This document shows positions 57,451 through 64,000 of a DNA stretch of 64,000 nucleotides, in pieces. Source of the DNA: a virus. Its lineage: Duplodnaviria; Caudoviricetes. Position numbers and translations under genes: made by a program. A model generated the notes under the pieces. The model did no database searches. It saw only the letters and a program-made list of their open reading frames with translations, and had not been told where the DNA came from. Within the stretch, counting starts at the first letter, position 1; every line of letters starts with the position of its first letter. The DNA is taken from IMG/VR virus record IMGVR_UViG_3300014205_000224, positions 3,162 to 67,161 of that record. One strand, written 5' to 3'.

Positions 57451-57996
57451 CTAGACTCTGGCAACCAGCTTGATGGAATCTGCAAGCACCGTGTTCTTGG
57501 GTGCACCGGACAGCGGCCAGGTTTTCTTGGTGCCGTTGTCGCGTTTGAACCACAGCATATCATTGCCCTTGTCGGTGGGAACGTATTCCGCTGCGTAAAT
57601 CTGGGCGTTCTTATCTTTTCCGAATTTCTTCGCAAAGAACTCAGCGGTTTTGCGTGAGGTGAACAGGGACAGCGGTCCCATGACGGCGGAATCCCTTGTA
57701 ACGAACTCACCAACAGGATACACAACCCTCTTGCTGAAATCCGTAATGCTGACCTTGTTGCCGTTCCACAGCTGCTGAACAACCTTGTAACCGATCTGTA
57801 CTGCCTGTTTCTTCTCGGCAGCCGCAACGAAATCGTCGATCTGCTTGGTCAGGCGGCTCATCACGAACGATGTGGCGCTGTCATACTCCACGCCGATCTT
57901 GGTGCAGATAGCAATAATATCTGAAGCCTTCGTTCCGTACTTGGTGATTGCCGCTTTTGCTTCCTTCGCTTCTTTAATCGTAATCGTATTCGACAT
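57451..57996 (-). CDS. Hypothetical Ala/Lys-rich protein
   Basis: AGGAGAG RBS; followed by its own terminator; start refined to MSNTITIK. Confidence 0.7.
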   Translation of the reverse strand: MSNTITIKEAKEAKAAITKYGTKASDIIAICTKIGVEYDSATSFVMSRLTKQIDDFVAAAEKKQAVQIGYKVVQQLWNGNKVSITDFSKRVVYPVGEFVTRDSAVMGPLSLFTSRKTAEFFAKKFGKDKNAQIYAAEYVPTDKGNDMLWFKRDNGTKKTWPLSGAPKNTVLADSIKLVARV

Positions 57997-58110
57997 TGTT
58001 ACTCTCCTTATAAGTTTAAGTTTGTTATGGTTAATCGTCATTAACTATACCCTCCGCCTACGCTGCTTAGATGTGTCCTGCCTTGATGCCTCCTTTCCCA
58101 TCACGATTCG

Positions 58111-58707
58111 CTAAACGTTTATTTCCACTTCAATCCGCTTCCTTCTTGGCTTGATCCATTCCGCGTAGTTCATCATCACCGGCGGAATCCCAAGCCTGTT
58201 ATGTTCAACAATAATCCTAAGCACTTCCTGCAATTCCACAGGATAATACCTATGCTTATCTACCCCAACATTCACGAACAGATTATTCCTATTCGTATCT
58301 GTCCATCTTACTTCAAGTACCATCCACGCTTGGTGCACATGGCCCACGAGATTTACATACACATCCCTATTCACATGGCGTGGGTCGTGAACACAAAACA
58401 TTCTTATATCCCCATTCCTAAGCGTGAGGTTTTGTATCTTTGCCATCAATCCATTGTTCCGATCATGGTTACCTCGGATCATGACTTTGTTGCCGGACAG
58501 CTTCTCCATATGCTGCCTGATACTACCCTTTTGCCTAAACGCAAAATCCCCAACAAATATCACAGTATCTGCTGGCCTGACTCTTGCATTCCATCTGGCA
58601 ATCAAGTCGCTGTTCATATGTTCCACGTTCTTGTGTGGTCTATTGCAGAACCCAATCACAGCATCATGTCCGAAGTGTGTATCTGCTGTAAGGAATGTCT
58701 TTGGCAT
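58111..58707 (-). CDS. Calcineurin-like metallophosphoesterase
   Basis: ADTHFGH, VGDF, GNHD, VHDP, GHVH, NVGVD. Confidence 0.9.
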   Translation of the reverse strand: MPKTFLTADTHFGHDAVIGFCNRPHKNVEHMNSDLIARWNARVRPADTVIFVGDFAFRQKGSIRQHMEKLSGNKVMIRGNHDRNNGLMAKIQNLTLRNGDIRMFCVHDPRHVNRDVYVNLVGHVHQAWMVLEVRWTDTNRNNLFVNVGVDKHRYYPVELQEVLRIIVEHNRLGIPPVMMNYAEWIKPRRKRIEVEINV

Positions 58708-58904
58708 GACTAGCCCTCTAATCCTTATGTGATTATCATAAGTATATCAATGAAGGTAAACACAATCGTGAGCGCAACGACAACAATCTGTCCCATTGCG
58801 GTAAGTAGGTGCATCCAGCTTGACATGATCCACCATCCTGAAGTTGCAAGGGTAGTAAGTATTGCTACAGTCCATAATTCTTTCATATCTTCTTACCCCC
58901 CCTC

Positions 58905-59348
58905 TTACTTCTTCTGTTCTTCAGGTTTCTTGCCGGTTGCCTCCTCTGTCCATTTCTCCATTTTGGCGTTCAGGAATTTCATGAGGTTATCGGGAAGTTT
59001 CTGTACTTGCTCATTCTTGGTGACGGCTGGCACAACATAGATCAGAGCAATATCCTTCGTTGTGGGAATGAACGTAAGCAATATCGCTGCTGCTATTGTT
59101 ACAATCCCAGATATTTTGAACAGCCTTTTGATGTAGTCATACGATCTCTTTTCTCTTTCCCGTTCTTCCTCGTAGGAATCCCCTTTGTCAATGTAGTGAC
59201 TGTATTCATGGAATGAAATCGCTGTCATCGCAAAGAGTATGGCAGAAGCCGCACCAGCCAGCAACAATACCGCCAATGCCATTCCGCATATCGCATCCAT
59301 CCTTGTAATCAAATACATTTCCCATCCGCTAATTACCATCGTCCTCAC
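58905..59348 (-). CDS. Membrane protein
   Basis: Two transmembrane helices; FIPTTKD..LIY pattern. Confidence 0.65.
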   Translation of the reverse strand: MRTMVISGWEMYLITRMDAICGMALAVLLLAGAASAILFAMTAISFHEYSHYIDKGDSYEEEREREKRSYDYIKRLFKISGIVTIAAAILLTFIPTTKDIALIYVVPAVTKNEQVQKLPDNLMKFLNAKMEKWTEEATGKKPEEQKK

Positions 59349-59511
59349 CTTTCCTTTCTTCTATCATTAGTGTTGTTGTCCTATTCACTCTCCTTATCCC
59401 CATCATCGCCTCCCATGCCAGCACGCTCACAGTAATCATAGGATACCAGATTCTAAACACGGCATCGAAGTAACTCTGATATGTGGGCAGGCATGGATAC
59501 ATCTTACTCAC
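59329..59511 (-). CDS. Small hypothetical protein
   Basis: Tiling ORF. Confidence 0.4.
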   Translation of the reverse strand: MSKMYPCLPTYQSYFDAVFRIWYPMITVSVLAWEAMMGIRRVNRTTTLMIEERKGEDDGN

Positions 59512-59528
59512 CTCCTCCCGACCTCGTT

Positions 59529-59798
59529 TTATTTTGGGAATGATGTCCCTGCTCTTACATCCCGCTCCTTTATAACCCCTGTCGCCAGTTTCAATTCGTA
59601 CTCCACCTCATATATCTCAATATTTAACAGGTTTGATGCACCGGCGTCAATAAGTTTCTGCGCCAAGTCTTTCGTTATCCTCTGCCATTCAACATCCGCA
59701 CCTTCGCCCTGCTTCGTAGAGAGTTCAATCAGTATTGAGTTCAACACCGCAATGGCTTTAAGGTTTTCCTCGCTCATACCCTTGAATACACTACTCAT
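59529..59798 (-). CDS. Hypothetical protein
   Basis: GGAGG RBS; start refined to MSSVFKG. Confidence 0.55.
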   Translation of the reverse strand: MSSVFKGMSEENLKAIAVLNSILIELSTKQGEGADVEWQRITKDLAQKLIDAGASNLLNIEIYEVEYELKLATGVIKERDVRAGTSFPK

Positions 59799-59799
59799 T

Positions 59800-60003
59800 T
59801 CACACCTCCACCTGGACAATGTATTTGTTTTCCCTGACCGTGCATGGTAAATTGCCAAACATATCAATCAATCCCGTGAGTTTGATGACCTTGATCTTGT
59901 GCTTGAGTATTTCTGCGTGCTTATGGGGCGGTGCATATATCTCACCGGCTTTGTCCACTCGTTTTTGTTCTTGTCTTATCAATTCGCTCAACATGACTAC
60001 CAT
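59800..60003 (-). CDS. Hypothetical protein
   Basis: Tiling ORF. Confidence 0.5.
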   Translation of the reverse strand: MVVMLSELIRQEQKRVDKAGEIYAPPHKHAEILKHKIKVIKLTGLIDMFGNLPCTVRENKYIVQVEV

Positions 60004-60406
60004 TAGCTTTCTCCTTTCTTTTGCGTTTACGCATTGCTCTGTATTTGATTAATCGGAACGTATCCTCATCGTACATATCATCTCTCATGCTATGGGTTAT
60101 ACTTCTTTTTAACTCCAGTTCCTCAGCAAAATATTGCAATTCCATTTCTATTGCATCAAGACCAACAAATCGCAATACCTCATCCTCACTCGATTTCAGT
60201 ATTACGTTGTTAATTTCAATAATGCACCCCTTGTTCGCATCTTCTTCGTCGTATTCATATGAGCGATCTCCGCCAATAATGTTTTCATCTGGGTACGATT
60301 TGCCAATAGCTGGGTCTATCTTCACATCATACCCATGCTTCGACAGCAAGTTTATCCACTTCAGCAACCCTTGTATTATCTTTTGCTTTACTTTTTTCTG
60401 CCTCAT
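59942..60406 (-). CDS. Paralogue-array member 7 (GY...IN family)
   Basis: LLSKHGYDVKI; EINNVILKSSEDE; MYDE. Confidence 0.6.
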   Translation of the reverse strand: MRQKKVKQKIIQGLLKWINLLSKHGYDVKIDPAIGKSYPDENIIGGDRSYEYDEEDANKGCIIEINNVILKSSEDEVLRFVGLDAIEMELQYFAEELELKRSITHSMRDDMYDEDTFRLIKYRAMRKRKRKEKANGSHVERIDKTRTKTSGQSR

Positions 60407-60779
60407 GGTTCCGCCCCTTTGCTTTCTTAGTAGTGCTTGCCCGTTTGGCTAGTATCTCTTTTCTCTTAAACTCGATCCTGCCCAACATTTCTTCATCATA
60501 CAGCCTTGTGTTGCTCCTTCTTCCTGTCATGATCCCAAGAAATATATCCAACTCCTCCACCACTCCGAGAACTCCGCTGATAAAGATAGCCTCGTCCTCG
60601 CCATTGGTCAGTATAATATCATTAATCTTCACAACTTGGTAGACCTGACTGCCTGGGAAGGTATGGGGATTCCTTACTTTCTTTTGCCCCAACTTGAAAA
60701 CGTACCCCATGTTATATAGCTCGGCAATATATGTCAGCAAATTATTCACTATCCATGGATCTAGCTTCTTGGCTCCCAT
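60327..60779 (-). CDS. Paralogue-array member 6
   Basis: ELYNMGYVFKL; KINDIILTNGEDE; LYDE; IEFKRKEILAKR. Confidence 0.65.
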   Translation of the reverse strand: MGAKKLDPWIVNNLLTYIAELYNMGYVFKLGQKKVRNPHTFPGSQVYQVVKINDIILTNGEDEAIFISGVLGVVEELDIFLGIMTGRRSNTRLYDEEMLGRIEFKRKEILAKRASTTKKAKGRNHEAEKSKAKDNTRVAEVDKLAVEAWV

Positions 60780-60999
60780 GACTCCACCTCTCCAGATCGC
60801 CCTTATACACTATACTCCTTGCCTTTGCCTGCCTCTCTCCCATTACCTGAACCTGTATTTTCTTGTACTCATCATAGTTCACAATCACCACGCATATGAA
60901 CACAATAAGCAGCGCCCATACAACAACAGCCGCATCGAATATAGGCTGGAGAATATCTCTTGGCTCATGTTCTTCGAGTTGTTTTAGCGTTCTTCGCAT
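60742..60999 (-). CDS. Small membrane protein
   Basis: One transmembrane helix. Confidence 0.45.
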   Translation of the reverse strand: MRRTLKQLEEHEPRDILQPIFDAAVVVWALLIVFICVVIVNYDEYKKIQVQVMGERQAKARSIVYKGDLERWSHGSQEARSMDSE

Positions 61000-61378
61000 T
61001 GGGTTTCTCCTTTCTCTTGGCTAGGATTGCGGTATGTTTCTTGTTGATTTCATCAAAGTTATCGTAGTAGCTATGCAAACTATTGATTGTGAAGTGTTTT
61101 AAGAAATCCTGGAACAAAGGCAGGGTTCTAAACACTATTGGTTCGCTGCCGTAGTATTTTCTTAGCCTAATCCCATTCAAATACACGCTGCGCAGAGGAT
61201 GGAACATACGATAGCCACTGCTGATTCTTATGTCAGCTGGAGTAACATCCTCGCCAATGCCAAACCTCCTCCGATCACGCATCTGGACATAAATACTTCT
61301 TGGCTTCAAAGTGAACACATACCCCCTGCTCTCCAGATAATGCAATCTTTTCGCTAGAGCTATCAAATCCCCGTGCAT
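60965..61378 (-). CDS. Paralogue-array member 5
   Basis: YLESRGYVFTL; VYLNG; EINKKHTAILAKR. Confidence 0.65.
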   Translation of the reverse strand: MHGDLIALAKRLHYLESRGYVFTLKPRSIYVQMRDRRRFGIGEDVTPADIRISSGYRMFHPLRSVYLNGIRLRKYYGSEPIVFRTLPLFQDFLKHFTINSLHSYYDNFDEINKKHTAILAKRKEKPNAKNAKTTRRT

Positions 61379-61764
61379 ATCCTCACCTCCGCTCTGTTTC
61401 TTGTTGCAATAATCTTGCTCCTGTTCTTAATCATTGCTATCTTGAACTTTCTGTCCATCCTTGGCACATCGCCATCGCCTATTAACCTGTCAATCCAACG
61501 ATGAACGCTTGAAAAACCCGTAAGCCTCCATGGTCTATATCTTAGTGGCTTGACCAGACTCCAGTAATCTCCCTCCGACATATCCGCCCAATGTAATGCA
61601 CCGTTGACTGTGATCTTAAAAGGAATCTGTCTATCTTCTCGTTCTAGCCTTGCCCGCACTATAAGTTCCATATCCTCAAGACTCAACTTCTTAATCCTGA
61701 TGTAATACCCTTCCTTTCTTGCCCGCTCCCTTGCTTCCATCAACGCATATAACACTTCATGCAT
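61363..61764 (-). CDS. Paralogue-array member 4
   Basis: RARKEGYYIRI; ITVNG; IKNRSKIIATR. Confidence 0.6.
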   Translation of the reverse strand: MHEVLYALMEARERARKEGYYIRIKKLSLEDMELIVRARLEREDRQIPFKITVNGALHWADMSEGDYWSLVKPLRYRPWRLTGFSSVHRWIDRLIGDGDVPRMDRKFKIAMIKNRSKIIATRNRAEVRICTGI

Positions 61765-61768
61765 GGGT

Positions 61769-62131
61769 TCACCTACTTTCTTTTGACTTTGCTTTCTCTT
61801 CTGCGTTCTTCTTGGCGCAGTATCTCATGGCATCATCATAATGTTTGAACAAACACTCAGGAAATGCGCTGTGGGCTATATTTCTATGTCCTTTATCGCA
61901 GTACTGGATGACGTATGATTCGCTTGCTATCCTCGCCTTGCCATTAATCTGGAAATATTTCCTGGCATACATCTGGACTATCTTCCCTGGTTTCTTCATG
62001 CATATCCACTCTACCTGAAAGATCGGCGCTGGTTCACCGCAGCACTTGCATTGTTTGCCCTTCATAATCTTGATGGTTCGGTAATCAACCATCCACACCA
62101 TATCGCCCAGTTCAAACTTAGTTTCGATCAT
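61769..62131 (-). CDS. Hypothetical phage protein
   Basis: MIETKFELGDMVW; CKCCG. Confidence 0.6.
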   Translation of the reverse strand: MIETKFELGDMVWMVDYRTIKIMKGKQCKCCGEPAPIFQVEWICMKKPGKIVQMYARKYFQINGKARIASESYVIQYCDKGHRNIAHSAFPECLFKHYDDAMRYCAKKNAEEKAKSKESR

Positions 62132-62179
62132 ATCCCTTCTCCCTTCCCTTGGATTTTGTCCACTCGTTCTTGCCTCGTG

Positions 62180-62665
62180 CTATGTATACTGTATGTATCG
62201 CCTCGGTGCCATATGGTATGGATATATATGCTGATTGCTAACCCTTGCGTGTTGTGACCATTGCTGCCTTTGGGCGAAGTAATCATGATATTGCTGTTCC
62301 TTGCGTTTCTTTTCTTCGCGGCTGTATTTATCCATCGCTCTTGCCTGCTTATCCTTCCTTCGCCTCAATATTACAGCCCTGATATTCTCTATATCTGAAC
62401 TATGTCGCCCAGCAGCAGAACACCCATTCTTCACGTCAAGAATAAATCCCCATAGATATGAGAGCGCATCCCTAGGACTGGCAAACTTAAGAGAGAATGT
62501 ATCACCCGCCCATCTCAGCGCACAACCATTGACTGTCAACATCACAGCATTGTTGCTTTCCCCGCCACGCCACACCCTTCTTACCTTAACATAATATCCC
62601 AACTCTGCACCATCGCTGAGTATCCTTTCTTGCAGTTCTCTTACATATTCTATGTCCATGACCAT
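62180..62665 (-). CDS. Paralogue-array member 3
   Basis: GAELGYYVKVRR; LTVNG; DIENIRAVILRRR. Confidence 0.6.
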   Translation of the reverse strand: MVMDIEYVRELQERILSDGAELGYYVKVRRVWRGGESNNAVMLTVNGCALRWAGDTFSLKFASPRDALSYLWGFILDVKNGCSAAGRHSSDIENIRAVILRRRKDKQARAMDKYSREEKKRKEQQYHDYFAQRQQWSQHARVSNQHIYPYHMAPRRYIQYT

Positions 62666-63069
62666 CCCCCTTCCACCTTGCCTTTGCGTTCCCTCGCTGC
62701 ATCATGGGATCTGATCAACCTTCGCCTGCGTTCTACCTCAGCAAATGTGTAATGTTCCCTGTTCCTATCAATGCCGTTCGCCCAATTCAGTATCCAGGCT
62801 GGAATATCAGGCGCACAATAGAACAGCACGGGAATTGTTTTCCCTGATCGGCAACCATTGACATATTCTACCTGCCTGATATGCACACCATTGACCAACA
62901 CGGTTCTTAATGGCTGGCGCTGATCTTCTATGACTGCTATGTTTCCTGTTACATCAATGTAATCACGCACTTCAGACTCCAACGCCCGCCTTACCTTTAT
63001 CACATATCCCATCTCTCTCAGCTCTTCCCGGCACTTGGCTATGTTGACATAATCCTCGAACTCACTCAT
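62650..63069 (-). CDS. Paralogue-array member 2
   Basis: ELREMGYVIKVRRA; VLVNG; EVERRRRLI. Confidence 0.65.
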   Translation of the reverse strand: MSEFEDYVNIAKCREELREMGYVIKVRRALESEVRDYIDVTGNIAVIEDQRQPLRTVLVNGVHIRQVEYVNGCRSGKTIPVLFYCAPDIPAWILNWANGIDRNREHYTFAEVERRRRLIRSHDAARERKGKVEGGWSWT

Positions 63070-63446
63070 CCCGTTGCCCTCCTGTGCTGTCTGACTCTCC
63101 TTAAATGCAGAATCATTTTCTTCCTGCGTTCTATCTCATCAACCTGTAACCATCCTCTCAGGTTAATAGGATTGATGTTGTTCAGGAAATTCTCCTTAAG
63201 CCATATTATAGCATAGTCCATTCTTGTGAACATCACTACCTCTCCGCCCAGCTGGTCAGTCCTATGCTTTACAGCCAAGCCATTGATAACAGGGAGGTGT
63301 AATTCCTGCGGCCATTCCTCCACTTCCCTGCGAAGCCTTCTTGCCAAGCTTGCTTTCTCCTCAGGTGTAGCCCGCCTGAATCTAACAACATACCCCAACT
63401 CATTCAAGTCTTGGAGAACCTTTTGTATTATACTGAAGTCTGCCAT
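63066..63446 (-). CDS. Paralogue-array member 1
   Basis: DLNELGYVVRFRRA; PVING; EIERRKKMILHLR. Confidence 0.65.
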   Translation of the reverse strand: MADFSIIQKVLQDLNELGYVVRFRRATPEEKASLARRLRREVEEWPQELHLPVINGLAVKHRTDQLGGEVVMFTRMDYAIIWLKENFLNNINPINLRGWLQVDEIERRKKMILHLRRVRQHRRATG

Positions 63447-63464
63447 GACATCACCGCCGATCTG

Positions 63465-63935
63465 TTAGAAGAATCTGAATAGATAGAACTGTATTATATC
63501 AACACACTCGCTAATCCTTTTGTCCAACTTATCGGCTTCCCGACCACTCATCGTGCCATATAAAGCTCTGCATGTATGCCTTAGGCAAGTCCTGCTCCTT
63601 AGCCACCTGGGCAGTTTGCATCCAGCATCTCCCAAAAAACCCTTGTCCCATGTGAAGTTACATTCCTTCATTAACCTTATTATCATTGTGGGAAAATGTC
63701 GTGATCCACTTCCCCTGTCAAACAAGTACCCCACTCTATCGGCACATCCTTTGCAGCAGCAAGACTTGCAATTGGGGCAAGAAGTGGTATTTAGCGAGGC
63801 GAATATCTCCGACAGTTCTACCTCTGCCTCTGCTATGGCTTTGATCTCTTTCTTGTCCATATACATATGCAGCACTGTATCTGCCTCTTTCATTATCTGC
63901 CTCCTTCTCTCCTGTATCGCTGTTCCCATTACCAT
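63465..63935 (-). CDS. Cys-rich putative Zn/Fe-S cluster protein (YkgJ/CxxCxxCC-like)
   Basis: CPNCKSCCCKGC...GCKL...RS.TC..H.C. Confidence 0.6.
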   Translation of the reverse strand: MVMGTAIQERRRQIMKEADTVLHMYMDKKEIKAIAEAEVELSEIFASLNTTSCPNCKSCCCKGCADRVGYLFDRGSGSRHFPTMIIRLMKECNFTWDKGFLGDAGCKLPRWLRSRTCLRHTCRALYGTMSGREADKLDKRISECVDIIQFYLFRFF

Positions 63936-64000
63936 TCTCCTTTCTATGCATCCCTGTCCTCACAATGCATCTCACCTAGCCGCCGTCCACAAATGTCCAC

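Noticed and set aside
1-64000. tRNA genes, integrase/att sites, terminal repeats, stop-codon reassignment
   Set aside because: None was recognised by eye, and genes tile normally under the standard code. tRNAscan-SE and HMM searches would be needed to exclude them formally.

Overview
This window looks like most of a double-stranded DNA tailed-phage genome with a podovirus-like layout. The host cannot be identified; a Gram-negative, probably anaerobic bacterium is inferred from the heptosyltransferase, the NrdD-like fragment and the M15 endolysin. The left arm (1-8500, minus strand) is a recombination/replication module with a DinG-like helicase, ERCC4 nuclease, probable SSB, AAA_24/Sak4-like ATPase, PD-(D/E)XK exonuclease and an XRE regulator. 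Divergent sigma70 promoters at about 8526-8606 lead into a plus-strand late region (8651-47833). That region holds terminase, portal, tail fibres, a lysis cassette, a separately promoted glycosylation operon, scaffold, a major capsid gene split by a group I intron with a LAGLIDADG endonuclease, tail and ejection proteins, and a 3070-aa virion protein. The right arm (47830-64000, minus strand) has many small early genes, an ArdC-like protein, a phiEco32-type amidoligase with a class II glutamine amidotransferase, and a tandem array of about 7 divergent paralogues. The most striking signal is a multidomain glycosyltransferase containing an Aah/TibC-type protein O-heptosyltransferase, found together with at least four virion proteins carrying Gly-(Ser/Thr)-Ser triplet repeats. 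I infer this is a candidate phage-encoded virion O-glycosylation system. All family calls come from motif recognition by eye; no database search was run.
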